Notes: generated by a model not told the origin, from the sequence alone. A stretch of 64,000 nt of DNA from an uncultured Pseudobdellovibrionaceae bacterium (GCA_964400355.1 CAYNTO010000003.1:84706-148705); one strand, 5' to 3'. Positions 44,976 to 55,344 are shown, counted from the first letter of the stretch. Program-made: numbers and translations.

Positions 44976-45845
44976 ATGGAGTCGCTTTTAAAAACTGTTG
45001 TGTTCGTTTCCATTGTATTAACGTCATCGCAAGTCTTTGCGCAATTCAACAATCCAGGTAAAAATAAAAAGCCACCAGGTATTAAAGATATTATTTCTGT
45101 TATCGGAAAAAAGAAGAAACCAATCATGGATCTTGCCGAGAAGTTGGATCCCGTCCTTCAAGGCGATGAGGACGTCTCCGATTTTATCAAGGGCAAGGGC
45201 AATGGTCCCGCCAATCAAGGTTCAGCATTAGTGAGCGGCGTGAAACTTAAGAAACCGCTCTTAGGTGGAACGGGTTGCCCAGAGGGCACAATTGGTGCTT
45301 CGATGTCGCCAGATGCAAAGACTATTAGTCTCTTATTTGACAATTATATCGCTGAAGCGGGCCAATCCTCTGGAGTAAAGCGTGATATTAAGAACTGTTC
45401 GGTGCAATTGCCAATAGAGGTTCCGGCTGGCTACCAAATGACCATCGTAAAACTCGATTACCGAGGTTTCAATTCGATTCCTGACGGTGGCCGTGCACGG
45501 TATGTGACGATGTATTCATTCTTCGACGGCCAAACGAATAAGCAAATTGGTAAGCGCATCCGCAGGAACTACATTTTTAACGGGCCATTGGAAGAAGATT
45601 ATACGATCTCCAGTGATGTATCGAACAAACCCGTTTGGTCTGCCTGTGGTAAGAGCCTCACGTTCCGGCTTGATACGCGCGCTATTGCTGTAACCAACGA
45701 AGAGGGCGAAGATGTCGTCGCGACGATTGATTCCGTCGATGCTTCGGTCGGCACCGCCGTCGAGTATCACTTGTCGTGGAGAGAGTGTTCAACAGACGTT
45801 TCGGGGGTTAAGCCCAAGCCAAAAAAGCCCAAATTTGGATTCTAA
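44976..45845 (+). CDS. secreted DUF4360-like paralog with about 85-aa N-terminal extension and Lys/Pro tail
   Basis: 289 aa. The GGTGCPEGTIGASMSPDAKTISLLFDNYIAEAG...VKLDYRGF block is co-linear with the upstream gene (GGTGCPQGTVGITLSPDSKVLSMIFDSYVAEAG...LKVDYRGY). Confidence 0.55.
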   Translation: MESLLKTVVFVSIVLTSSQVFAQFNNPGKNKKPPGIKDIISVIGKKKKPIMDLAEKLDPVLQGDEDVSDFIKGKGNGPANQGSALVSGVKLKKPLLGGTGCPEGTIGASMSPDAKTISLLFDNYIAEAGQSSGVKRDIKNCSVQLPIEVPAGYQMTIVKLDYRGFNSIPDGGRARYVTMYSFFDGQTNKQIGKRIRRNYIFNGPLEEDYTISSDVSNKPVWSACGKSLTFRLDTRAIAVTNEEGEDVVATIDSVDASVGTAVEYHLSWRECSTDVSGVKPKPKKPKFGF

Positions 45846-45994
45846 TGGTCTTACGAAACGTATCACTTTGAGGCGATCTTGCGTATCTTTCAGCAACGTG
45901 CGGGAGATGCCGATATAAATATATGATGATTATCCAGATCCTAATTTTTTTAAGCGCCGGCGAAATCACATACTTAGAAAAAGGTGGTCCAAAA

Positions 45995-46537
45995 ATGAGT
46001 GATGGCTTTGCCAAGTCATTTTGCACGAAACGTCGTCAGGAATTCGCGGCCAAATCGCCATGCAACACTACTGTTAACTTTGAACCCTTGGCGGTGAATA
46101 GTGGTGAGGGATGGAAGCGCACATGCGGATCCGAAGAGGTTACCTTTGAACTTTCTAATGATGTGAAGAGTGAATGTAGAGGCCCGTCAAAAGCATGCAA
46201 AGTAACTATAAAAAGAAATGGTGTGGTTTCTGAAACGAAAACGTACTACTCGAATGGCACTTACCAGTACATCAAGCATGGTAAAGATAAAAAAACTAAA
46301 ATCATGTGGGCCGACAATACGGACGGCGCCGAACTGACTCTTCACTACGACGAGAGTAAGGAATTTAGTAAGGGCGTCGGGCGCTTAAAATTGAAGGACA
46401 CCGATAAAGATGCAAAAGTGGACAACGCTCTCCTATCTAAAGACAACATCGTTCAGTTCTGTCGAGGAAATACACAAGCTCTAATCTCGGCCGGAGCGCC
46501 CGCAGTTGCATCAGACGGCACGACACTCGAAAAATAA
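45995..46537 (+). CDS. hypothetical protein
   Basis: 180 aa from ATG 45995 (AAAGGTGG upstream; the track start at 45923 is less likely). Cys- and Lys-rich with no recognisable motif. Confidence 0.4.
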   Translation: MSDGFAKSFCTKRRQEFAAKSPCNTTVNFEPLAVNSGEGWKRTCGSEEVTFELSNDVKSECRGPSKACKVTIKRNGVVSETKTYYSNGTYQYIKHGKDKKTKIMWADNTDGAELTLHYDESKEFSKGVGRLKLKDTDKDAKVDNALLSKDNIVQFCRGNTQALISAGAPAVASDGTTLEK

Positions 46538-46609
46538 AATAGGGTTACAGTGAGAATGACATTAGTGATATTAATTGGTTTTTAGACGATTTGTCGCAAT
46601 TAGGGAAAC

Positions 46610-46685
<76 letters not shown>

Positions 46686-46787
46686 AGTCAAATTACGAAG
46701 ATCTCATAGCTACTAATTGCGAGGATTGAAGTCAAGAATTCGAACCTCGCCTGTCGATTATTTATGGCTCTTTTGTATGCTTATAAA

Positions 46788-47945
46788 TTAAGCAAGTGCG
46801 TTATTAAGATCCCACAGCAAATCGTCGATGTCCTCAATGCCCACGCTAATGCGCACTAAATTGTCGTCTATTCCTAGGGCTTTACGATTCTCAACAGGAA
46901 CACTTGCGTGGGTCATTATAGCAGGATGTTCGATCAAAGATTCCACACCGCCTAAGCTTTCGGCCAATGCAAATATAGAAACTTTTTCGAGAAAGCGGCG
47001 CGACTCCTCAAGGCCACCTTTTAGATAAAAAGTGATCATTCCACCGAAGCCCAACATCTGTTCCTTTGCCAATGCATGCTGCGGATGACTCGGCAATCCC
47101 GGGTAGAGAAGTTTTTCTACCTTGGGATGGCTCTCGAGGAACTTGGCGACGGCCATGGCGTTTTCGGCGTGCTTTTGCATACGTAGCGGGAGTGTTTTCA
47201 GGCTGCGCATGCAGAGGAATGCATCGAATGTGGATTGAATAGCTCCCGTGGAATTACTGATAAAGGCGATTCGCTCCGCGACGTCGGTGTTCGAAGTGAT
47301 CAACGCCCCGCCGACCACATCGCTGTGACCGCCAATATACTTTGTTGTGGAGTGGAGGACCACCGTAGCACCTAACTCCAATGGGCGCTGAAAGTACGGG
47401 CTCATGAACGTGTTGTCCACCACTGAGATCAGATTCTTTTTATTTGCTTCCGCGCACACCTTGCGAATATCGATGAGTTTAAGCATCGGGTTTGTGGGGG
47501 TTTCGATCCATACCATTTTTGTGTTCGGTTTTAAAGCGGCTTGGTAATTTTCGATTCTTGAGAGATCGACAAAAGAAAATTCGATACCATGATGTTTGAT
47601 CACTTTATCGAACAATCGAAACGTACCACCGTAGAGATCATCGCTAGCGATTACGTGATCTCCCGCTTTTAAGAGATGCATCATTACCGTAGTCGCTGCA
47701 CAACCAGAAGCAAATGCAAAACCGTGTTTGCCGGATTCAAGGCTGGCGAGGCAGTCTTCATACGCCTTGCGAGTGGGGTTGGCGGTGCGACTGTACTCAT
47801 AACCTTTGTGAACGCCGGGTGACTCTTGCACATAGGTGGATGTGAGGTACACGGGAGTCATGATGGCACCTGTGGTGGGGTCAGGAGTTTGCCCAGCATG
47901 AATGGCTCGGGTGGCGAATGCTGTTTCTTTGTCGATCGTTTTCAT
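46788..47945 (-). CDS. cystathionine gamma-lyase/synthase family PLP enzyme (probable gamma-lyase)
   Basis: 385 aa. Cys/Met-metabolism PLP family (HSTTKYIGGHSDVVGG with the PLP lysine). Lies immediately downstream of CBS, which implies reverse transsulfuration. Confidence 0.82.
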   Translation of the reverse strand: MKTIDKETAFATRAIHAGQTPDPTTGAIMTPVYLTSTYVQESPGVHKGYEYSRTANPTRKAYEDCLASLESGKHGFAFASGCAATTVMMHLLKAGDHVIASDDLYGGTFRLFDKVIKHHGIEFSFVDLSRIENYQAALKPNTKMVWIETPTNPMLKLIDIRKVCAEANKKNLISVVDNTFMSPYFQRPLELGATVVLHSTTKYIGGHSDVVGGALITSNTDVAERIAFISNSTGAIQSTFDAFLCMRSLKTLPLRMQKHAENAMAVAKFLESHPKVEKLLYPGLPSHPQHALAKEQMLGFGGMITFYLKGGLEESRRFLEKVSIFALAESLGGVESLIEHPAIMTHASVPVENRKALGIDDNLVRISVGIEDIDDLLWDLNNALA

Positions 47946-47953
47946 AATAGCCT

Positions 47954-49330
47954 CTACTGAGTCACGTTGTTAGTGATAAAGTCCAAAAGATCAATCTTAG
48001 TGATAAGGCGAACGGTGCCCGTTTTGTCGCGCACAAGGGCGATAAATCCTTTTTGGAAATGGTCCGAGAGACTCTCTAAGGTGTCTTCCTCATCGACCCA
48101 GATAATATTCCCTTTGATCAGGTGAATGATCGGCTCATCCGGCTTTAGTTTACCGGTTGCCAACGGAAAAATCAGATCGGATTCGTCGAGGATACCGACG
48201 ATTTCGCCTTCCGAGTAAACTGGAACCTGTGAAATGTTGTGGGTTTTAAGAAGTTTCACCACATCGAGAACAGTTTGTCCTACTTTAGCAAAGATCAACT
48301 CGGGCTGATTCATCTCGTGAACAAGCTTCCGAACGTTGTTCGAGCGCATTGGAGATGGTAAGAAATTGTTGTCCTTCATCCAGTCGTCGTTAAAGGCCTT
48401 GCTGAGGTAAGCGCGACCGCTATCAGCCATCATGACTAAGAATGTTTTTGGCTCTTTGAACTGCTCGGAATATTTGAAGGCGCCGGCAAGTGCCATGGCC
48501 GAGGATGGACCAACACAAATGCCCTCTTTCGCAACGATTTCGCGCACCAAATGAAACGATTCCTTGTCCGTCACGCGTACGAAATCATCGATCACATTAA
48601 AGTGAACATTATCGGGGAGCATGTCTTCACCAACACCCTCCACTTTGTAGGGTTGCGCAGCCTCACGCACTTCTTTGTGGTAATAAAGATCATATAGAAT
48701 ACTTCCCACAGGATCTGGGCAAAGAATTTTTACATTTGGATTTTTTTCTTTAAGGTATTTTCCAACTCCCGACACAGTACCACCCGTTCCAGCGCCGGCG
48801 ACGAAAACATCGACCTTGCCTTGAGTTTGATTCCAGATCTCCGGTCCTGTGGTCATGTAATGTTGTTTGGTGTTGTCGGGGTTGTGGTATTGATTCGTGA
48901 TAAAACTATTGGGCGTAATCTCTGCCAACTTGTTGGCAACCGACATGTGACTGCGCGGATCAGTGGGTTCAACGGCAGTGGGTGTGATCACAACTTTTGA
49001 CCCAAAGGCACGAAGAGCCGCACGCTTCTCTTCGCTGATTTTGTCGGGCATGACAAAGATAGATTTATAACCTTTCACCGATGCCACAAGTGCGAGACCC
49101 ATACCGGTGTTGCCGGAGGTGGCCTCAATGATCGTACCGCCAGGCTTGAGGTCGCCGCGTTTTTCGGCGCCTTCGATGAGAGAAAGGGCAATGCGATCTT
49201 TGACGCTCATTCCGGGATTGAAGTATTCCAACTTCACCAAAAATGTGTGCGGTGAATTTTTAGGAACTACTTTGTTGAGTTTTACGATGGGCGTATTGCC
49301 TATGGTTTCGAGAATATTATTGTAGATCAT
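47954..49330 (-). CDS. cystathionine beta-synthase (CysK-like catalytic domain plus tandem CBS domains)
   Basis: 458 aa. IGNTPIVKLNK, SVKDR (PLP Lys), GTGGT loop and a C-terminal CBS pair. Confidence 0.86.
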   Translation of the reverse strand: MIYNNILETIGNTPIVKLNKVVPKNSPHTFLVKLEYFNPGMSVKDRIALSLIEGAEKRGDLKPGGTIIEATSGNTGMGLALVASVKGYKSIFVMPDKISEEKRAALRAFGSKVVITPTAVEPTDPRSHMSVANKLAEITPNSFITNQYHNPDNTKQHYMTTGPEIWNQTQGKVDVFVAGAGTGGTVSGVGKYLKEKNPNVKILCPDPVGSILYDLYYHKEVREAAQPYKVEGVGEDMLPDNVHFNVIDDFVRVTDKESFHLVREIVAKEGICVGPSSAMALAGAFKYSEQFKEPKTFLVMMADSGRAYLSKAFNDDWMKDNNFLPSPMRSNNVRKLVHEMNQPELIFAKVGQTVLDVVKLLKTHNISQVPVYSEGEIVGILDESDLIFPLATGKLKPDEPIIHLIKGNIIWVDEEDTLESLSDHFQKGFIALVRDKTGTVRLITKIDLLDFITNNVTQ

Positions 49331-49523
49331 TCATCTTTCCTTTTACGGGGTTGCGGGGATCAAAGGCCAACACAGCCGACAGACGGTCCACTTTACCTTC
49401 CTTGTACTCGATCCCCAGCTGCGCCATCAATTTTTTGATGAGCTTTTCATCCTGGTTATCGGACAACAGATGATCAACAAGTGTCTTGTAAACTGAAAGC
49501 ACGTCCATGCGTTCCGGTGTCAT
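49317..49523 (-). CDS. small hypothetical protein (68 aa)
   Basis: ATG 49523 with GAGGGAG 5 nt upstream. Overlaps the CBS start by 14 nt. No recognisable motif. Confidence 0.4.
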   Translation of the reverse strand: MTPERMDVLSVYKTLVDHLLSDNQDEKLIKKLMAQLGIEYKEGKVDRLSAVLAFDPRNPVKGKMNDLQ

Positions 49524-49632
49524 GCGGTCTCCCTCTATTTGCCGTAAGGCAATACCGGAAACGACCATATCAATTTAGGGATGGCACTGCAATTTATCAG
49601 TCGTAGAGGACGCTGTGTCTAGGGCCTGCGGC

Positions 49633-50205
49633 CTAACGCACAATCTCTACTTTTCGGATAATAATAGGGACTTGCGGCTGGAGAGAGGTATCGGTGGGGG
49701 CTGATGCGATTTTCATCACTACGTCCATGCCACCTGTGACCTTGCCGAATATGGTGTATTTCCCGTTCAGGCGCGTATTTTCGGTGGTTGTTATAAAAAA
49801 TTGGCTACCTACACGCGTATCACCAGGAACCTTCGCCATAGCCACCATGCCAGGTTGGCTAAAATCCGAGCGATCTGGTGCCTCATCAAACATGTAGTAA
49901 CCGGGCCATCCGCGACCGGTACCCCAAGGACAGCCGGTAAAAATTCCGAGAGAGGGGTGGGCGCGATGAATTTTTAGACCATTGTAAAATGGCTTATTTG
50001 ATTTTTGCCCAGTGATGTCGATGTATTTCTGTTCGCCGATGGCCAATTTCACAAAATTTTCTACGGTTTTTGGCGCCACTAAGGGCATTAAACTAATTGT
50101 GATCGTGCCCTGATCTGTAACAATGCGCGCTTGCGGATCTGCAAAAACATTCTGTGAGATTGCGTTTAAAACCAAAAAGACGACGAATAATAGGGCGGAG
50201 TTCAT
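49633..50205 (-). CDS. secreted peptidyl-prolyl cis-trans isomerase (cyclophilin type)
   Basis: 190 aa with a signal peptide. FHRAHPSLGIFTGCP / GSQFFITT cyclophilin motifs. Confidence 0.88.
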   Translation of the reverse strand: MNSALLFVVFLVLNAISQNVFADPQARIVTDQGTITISLMPLVAPKTVENFVKLAIGEQKYIDITGQKSNKPFYNGLKIHRAHPSLGIFTGCPWGTGRGWPGYYMFDEAPDRSDFSQPGMVAMAKVPGDTRVGSQFFITTTENTRLNGKYTIFGKVTGGMDVVMKIASAPTDTSLQPQVPIIIRKVEIVR

Positions 50206-50264
50206 AATCTTATTTTACGGAAAATTTGCCGATGATAGCAACTGAATTCGCCAGTCTGCAGGTA

Positions 50265-52679
50265 TCAGTGTCTGTAGATACTATCGAGAAGAGTTCGTTG
50301 CCGCAGGAGAATGGCAGCAATCTGTTCGAGCACGACTTTCGGCGTGGTTTGGGTGATCAAACACATTTTCTGAACGTCTTTGTGCTCTTCATTGAGGGTG
50401 ATGTCGGAAGTTCCACTGATCAGAAGGAGAAGTTGTTGATAGGTGCGTAGCAATTGGTAATTGGCTTCGATTTCGAGGCACAAATCCTCGTCATACTCCA
50501 ATTTTAGCACCTCACACAAACCCGAGACGTTGGGTGTTTTTGCAAAGAGACCTTTGTTCAAACACGCGGCCTGCAAAATCAGTTCGGTGTGTAATAGAGC
50601 CCCCTTCGACTTTTTTAAACGAATTTCTGGTTCGTAGTGGTGCAGAAGTTTTTCCTGCACGGAACCCAAGAGCGCCTTGTCCTCATTGGAGAGTGGTCGT
50701 GGGGAGAAGAGTTGAAGGGTGTGGCCCGACGAGAAACGACGATTCATGAGGTACGCTTGTCTTTCCCAAGCTTGGCCCTTGCTATTGAGGTACTCTGTCA
50801 ATTCGCTCACGGTGGACATAAGTGGACCGGCGCTTCCGCTGGGCCGCAAGCGAAGATCAATGGAGTACAATGCGCTGCCTGAGGACGGCGACTGCAAAAA
50901 ATTTATAAACCGGCGCGCCAATTTCGTGGGAGGCTCACTGCTGTCTTCCGAGCGCAACATAACAAAATCCAAATCCGAGGTAAGTCCCATTTGTCGACCA
51001 GCCCACTTGCCCAATGTAAGAATGTCCATCTGCAAATTGAGTTTTGATGACAGGTAGTGCAGCAAATGGTTCACGATAGTGTCTGTCGTTGTAGACAGCG
51101 TTTTGGTAAGAGCTTCCACGTCTCGTTTGCGTAGGAATTGGGAACTGGCGATGACTTCGGAGAGGAGTTTGTGATCGTGAAGAGTGGAATAGAAATTTTC
51201 GTCTGAAGACTTGTCAATTTCCACGCTTTTTAACAAAAAACTATCGATCAGTTCCGGTTTGTAGATCAAAATACTGGAGATCATCGGCGAACACGAGAAA
51301 ATCCACGCCAGTTCCTTAAGAATTTCATCGTAATTATTAAATACTGTGTAGAGACTTGCTTTGGCTTTAGAGCTTGCTATGAATTTTTCCAAATGCACAA
51401 TGGCAAGAGAGTTATCCACATTGCATTCGCGAACCACTTCGACAAAGCGTCGCAGGAATATTCTACGTTGCTGCTCATCGCGATCTTTGGTTTTGGACTT
51501 TGATTCATCTCGAATCAGATTTTCCCAGACACTCAAACTCTCCGGGGTGTCGGTCGTCAAATCTTTAAAAGTTGCGAGCAAATCCTGCTGGGTCAAGAAC
51601 GATTGGTTCCCGGTATAGGGTTTGAGCAGTCCGCGAATGAGAAGATCCGTCTTTTCGGCACGCTCGTTAAACTGCTTTACGTCGTCCATGGATAGAAAGT
51701 TATCAGCGGAAGGAATCAAATCATAGGTGTGCCGGTCGTTGACGAGATGGATGCGATTTTCGATGTCACGAAAAAACCAGTAGGTCTCCAGCAAAGCGTT
51801 CGCACTTTTGCGATCCATCAAGCCAAGGTCGGCCAGTTGTTGAAGGGCTAACGTTGTCGATGGGGTACGCATGGTGGAATGTTTGCCGCCATGAATGAGT
51901 TGCAATGCATGAACGAGAAGCTCCAATTCACGAATTCCGCCCACATCGAACTTGATATTGGTTATCTTGGAGGGTGCATGTTGCGCGCGGATCCGCTCGC
52001 GCATAAGGACGAGATCGCCAAAGAGGTTGAGATCTAGATGTCGACGATAGGAAAACTTGCGCAGGAATTCACTGGTCTCTTGGCGCAAACTGTCCGATCC
52101 AAAATGAATACCGTGCCGGATCAAGGCACTACGTTCCCACGTTTCGCCGTGATTGCCATAGTGATTCATCACCTGTTCTAAAGAACTGATCAGCGGTGCC
52201 GTCGCGCCACCTGGACGTATCGTGAAGTCCATGCGATGGCCAAATCCAAAGGGTGTCGTTTGCGAAACGAGCTGTATAAAACTGCGGACTTTTTTATGCA
52301 TGAATTTAGAGGGCATCTCGGCCGATACAAAAAACAAATCGATGTCGGAACTCAGATTGAGTTCCTGTGCGCCCAGTTTTCCCATGCTGATCATGCACAT
52401 ATTTTCGCTGTCGAGTTCGGCGGAATTCCACGCCGTTTGCAAGAGATCCAGTGTGGCGATCGACCAGTGCCGGCACGATTCCTCGGCCGAGCATTTTTTA
52501 AAGATCACTGACAGGGCTGTCTCGATCCAGGCACGATGGCGTCGTTGGCGAAAAAGATCTATGGGGCTCGAAACATTTGTATTTAGGAGCGATAGATAGT
52601 GGCGAATGGCCGGCGAAATATCGCAGGCCCTGTTCAACTCATTTTGCGAATAGGAACTTAGTTCAGGAACGGTGACCAT
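50265..52679 (-). CDS. glnE: glutamine synthetase adenylyltransferase / adenylyl-removing enzyme
   Basis: 804 aa with two nucleotidyltransferase repeats (GKLGAQELNLSSDIDLFFV and GKWAGRQMGLTSDLDFVML). The start overlaps the tolB stop by 22 nt. Confidence 0.85.
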   Translation of the reverse strand: MVTVPELSSYSQNELNRACDISPAIRHYLSLLNTNVSSPIDLFRQRRHRAWIETALSVIFKKCSAEESCRHWSIATLDLLQTAWNSAELDSENMCMISMGKLGAQELNLSSDIDLFFVSAEMPSKFMHKKVRSFIQLVSQTTPFGFGHRMDFTIRPGGATAPLISSLEQVMNHYGNHGETWERSALIRHGIHFGSDSLRQETSEFLRKFSYRRHLDLNLFGDLVLMRERIRAQHAPSKITNIKFDVGGIRELELLVHALQLIHGGKHSTMRTPSTTLALQQLADLGLMDRKSANALLETYWFFRDIENRIHLVNDRHTYDLIPSADNFLSMDDVKQFNERAEKTDLLIRGLLKPYTGNQSFLTQQDLLATFKDLTTDTPESLSVWENLIRDESKSKTKDRDEQQRRIFLRRFVEVVRECNVDNSLAIVHLEKFIASSKAKASLYTVFNNYDEILKELAWIFSCSPMISSILIYKPELIDSFLLKSVEIDKSSDENFYSTLHDHKLLSEVIASSQFLRKRDVEALTKTLSTTTDTIVNHLLHYLSSKLNLQMDILTLGKWAGRQMGLTSDLDFVMLRSEDSSEPPTKLARRFINFLQSPSSGSALYSIDLRLRPSGSAGPLMSTVSELTEYLNSKGQAWERQAYLMNRRFSSGHTLQLFSPRPLSNEDKALLGSVQEKLLHHYEPEIRLKKSKGALLHTELILQAACLNKGLFAKTPNVSGLCEVLKLEYDEDLCLEIEANYQLLRTYQQLLLLISGTSDITLNEEHKDVQKMCLITQTTPKVVLEQIAAILLRQRTLLDSIYRH

Positions 52680-54067
52680 TGTGGACGCGAGTAATTGTGT
52701 TTATCAAAAGTAAGCCGATATTCACTTTTACCGTCCACAGTCGATGTATAAAGCTGGTGTTCTCCGCTGCGATCACTGCGAAAAAGAATCATGCGTCCAT
52801 CGGGTGAAAACGATGGATCCTCATTGTTTGCAGCGCGACCATTTTGCTTTTTAGCAGAGGTGATTTTTTTCATGTTTTTACCGTTTGCATCCATCACATA
52901 TATATCGAAGTGGTTATCGAGATAGCCCGCGAATGCGATTTTCGATCCATCTGGAGACCAAGCTGGCGAGGCGTTGTATTGTCCGGCAAACGTGAGCCGC
53001 GTGTCTTTTTGAGTGGCGACATCGTATATGTAAATCATTGCTTTACCGCTGCGATCCGAAGAATAAGCGATCTTTTTGCCATCGGGACTTATCGCGGGCT
53101 CCACGTTCATAGCCCCACGGGGTCCATGAGTCAGTTGCTGCTTTTTACTTCCATCGAAAGATAGTTTGTAGAGGTCTGAGGTTCCATTGCTAGGAGAAAT
53201 ACGCATTACGACGCCGCTCATGTCAGGCATAAACGAGGCCATAGTATTTAAACCTTTTACAGCAGAGAGGATCGTACCCTTTTGTTTGCTGAGATCGTAA
53301 ATATAAAGATCGGCATTTCTCGCTTTGATCCGTTGGTGGTAGTTAAAGATCGAGTAGGCGATAAATTGTCCATTGGGAGACCAAGTTGGTGACACGGCGA
53401 TGCTTCGGCTGGAAGTGATTTGTTTTTGGTTGGCGCCATCCCAATCCATCATAAAAATTTCCGAAGCTCCTTTGCTAGTGGAGCGCGACACAATAAATTT
53501 TGTAAGGAAGAATGCTTTTTTTCCAGTGAGTTTTTCGATCAGGTCGTTGCAGAATTTATGACCAACACTGCGCAAATCTTTGAGTGGTGCATTGTAGGAG
53601 CGCCCGAAAATGAGTTCTTTGCGAGAAACGTCATACACGTATGTGTCCAAGGTCATCTTGTCGCCGCTCACGTTAAAACCGGTCTTGATTAAAAATTCTG
53701 TGCCGATCGAATGCCAAGCGCCAAAATCAAATCCATCCGAATCTACGCCGCTGGGTCGCAAACCTTTGTCCGGCGATTCCAAATACGCTTTAGAGTCCTG
53801 AATAGTAAAGTAAGACGCCACAGTAAAATCTTTTTCGATAATGTCTTCCAAATCTTTTTGGTACTTTACATAAGATTTTGCCAAAGCGGGCGTGCCCATA
53901 AATTTCATTGCAGGAATAGCGGCAAGGCTCTTTTTCACCGATGCCTGACCGACGTTGATATAGGCGCTATCATTGGCCCCTGTTTGAGCGCGTACAAGTT
54001 GGGCGGTAGTGAGTATGACGGCTGCGAGTAAAATTATAATGGTGGGAAGTGCAAATTGTTTTTTCAT
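52658..54067 (-). CDS. tolB: Tol-Pal system beta-propeller protein TolB
   Basis: 469 aa. Signal peptide and repeated SPxWSPDGxxIAY propeller blades. Confidence 0.9.
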   Translation of the reverse strand: MKKQFALPTIIILLAAVILTTAQLVRAQTGANDSAYINVGQASVKKSLAAIPAMKFMGTPALAKSYVKYQKDLEDIIEKDFTVASYFTIQDSKAYLESPDKGLRPSGVDSDGFDFGAWHSIGTEFLIKTGFNVSGDKMTLDTYVYDVSRKELIFGRSYNAPLKDLRSVGHKFCNDLIEKLTGKKAFFLTKFIVSRSTSKGASEIFMMDWDGANQKQITSSRSIAVSPTWSPNGQFIAYSIFNYHQRIKARNADLYIYDLSKQKGTILSAVKGLNTMASFMPDMSGVVMRISPSNGTSDLYKLSFDGSKKQQLTHGPRGAMNVEPAISPDGKKIAYSSDRSGKAMIYIYDVATQKDTRLTFAGQYNASPAWSPDGSKIAFAGYLDNHFDIYVMDANGKNMKKITSAKKQNGRAANNEDPSFSPDGRMILFRSDRSGEHQLYTSTVDGKSEYRLTFDKHNYSRPQWSPFLN

Positions 54068-54125
54068 AGAAGACCTTCTTTTGCTGTAAATTTATTCGGC
54101 AGTTCGAACACTCTTGAATACGGTG

Positions 54126-54917
54126 TTACTCCGGAAATCTTAACTCAATCCCGCGCACTTTGAAATAACTAACTAAATGTTCGGGGGGCTCGGGAAACGG
54201 CACTGAATTGGCAATCGCCTGCATCGCTTCAGAATCAAACGCGGAATTCCCAGAGCTACGCACCACGCGCTTTTCTAAAACTAGACCTTTCTCATCAAAT
54301 TTTACAAGCACGGCGGTGGAATAGGGTTTGTTGGCAAGCCACGCAGGAAGTCGCCAATTGTTTTTAATATGAGCATCCAGTTTCCCCAAATACTGGTCGT
54401 GTTGAAGTTTCTCAACACCTGTCAGGGAATTGCCTTCACTGAGAACATTGCCCTTGTACTGCTGGCCTTCACCTTCGCCAGCCTTCGCTTCGGCCTCTTT
54501 TTTGCTCTTCATCTCTTTAATTTTAGCCAACGCTTTTAGCCGATTGAGCGCCGCATTTTGTTGCTCCGCCACTTTTGGTTCTTCTTTTTTGGGCTCTGGC
54601 TTTTTCTTTTCGTCTTCGGTTTTTTTCTTTTTGTCGGTTTTCTTTTCGACAAACGTGTTTTCTTCCGGCTTTTTCTCAGCCGCTTTCTCTTTGGGTTTTT
54701 CTTTTGCTTTTTCTTCGGCAGCGGGAGGTGGAGGAGTGCCCTTTGGGCCTTCTTGCGGGTCTTTGTCCGGCAGAGCCACTAGATCGACGCGCACCGATTT
54801 TATCATCTCAGGGCGTTCAGATGGAAAAATGAATATACGAAACAGCAGCACGAGCACCAAAAGCAAGTGCAGGAAGAGTGAGGTGAGTAAATAAATAAGG
54901 TCAGACGTCGTTTTCAT
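54126..54917 (-). CDS. tolA: TolA/TonB-family energy transducer (TonB_C-like C-terminus)
   Basis: 263 aa. N-terminal TM, Lys/Glu/Pro-rich spacer, and a C-terminal domain ending GIELRFPE. Its position between tolR and tolB supports the call. Confidence 0.7.
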   Translation of the reverse strand: MKTTSDLIYLLTSLFLHLLLVLVLLFRIFIFPSERPEMIKSVRVDLVALPDKDPQEGPKGTPPPPAAEEKAKEKPKEKAAEKKPEENTFVEKKTDKKKKTEDEKKKPEPKKEEPKVAEQQNAALNRLKALAKIKEMKSKKEAEAKAGEGEGQQYKGNVLSEGNSLTGVEKLQHDQYLGKLDAHIKNNWRLPAWLANKPYSTAVLVKFDEKGLVLEKRVVRSSGNSAFDSEAMQAIANSVPFPEPPEHLVSYFKVRGIELRFPE

Positions 54918-54933
54918 TTTTATTCGGCAATCT

Positions 54934-55344
54934 CTATTTGGGCAACGTCACAAGTCCCACATTTTGAATGCCCGCGGCTTTCACATCCGCGATCACTTCA
55001 GCGACGATGCCATAATCCACTTTTTTATCCGCTCGAATGTAGACCTGTTTGTCGGTTCGAGTTTTAAATATACCGATAATTTTTTCGCGCACGGAGGCTA
55101 TGTCTACTTTTGTTTCACCGATCAGAACATTGTGATTCTGTTTGATAGTAATAATCAAAGGTTCCGACTTAGTCTCAATTCCGGAAGCAGCTGTCTTTGG
55201 AAGTTGAATGTCGATTCCTTGCTGCATCATTGGTGCTGTGATCATAAACACAACTAGTAAGACCAGCATCACGTCCACCAATGGAGTTACATTTATTTCG
55301 CTGAGGACCATGCGCGATTTTTTGGAAGAAGTATTCATGCCCAT
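54934..55344 (-). CDS. tolR: biopolymer transport protein TolR/ExbD
   Basis: 136 aa. EINVTPLVDVMLVLLVVFMI signature. Confidence 0.86.
   Translation of the reverse strand: MGMNTSSKKSRMVLSEINVTPLVDVMLVLLVVFMITAPMMQQGIDIQLPKTAASGIETKSEPLIITIKQNHNVLIGETKVDIASVREKIIGIFKTRTDKQVYIRADKKVDYGIVAEVIADVKAAGIQNVGLVTLPK

Noticed and set aside
54430-54894. Several Phe/Ser-rich plus-strand ORFs and apparent nucleotide repeats inside the TolA-like gene
   Set aside because: They arise from the Lys/Glu/Pro low-complexity spacer of TolA (AAG/GAA repeats). This is neither a repeat element nor a CRISPR-like array.
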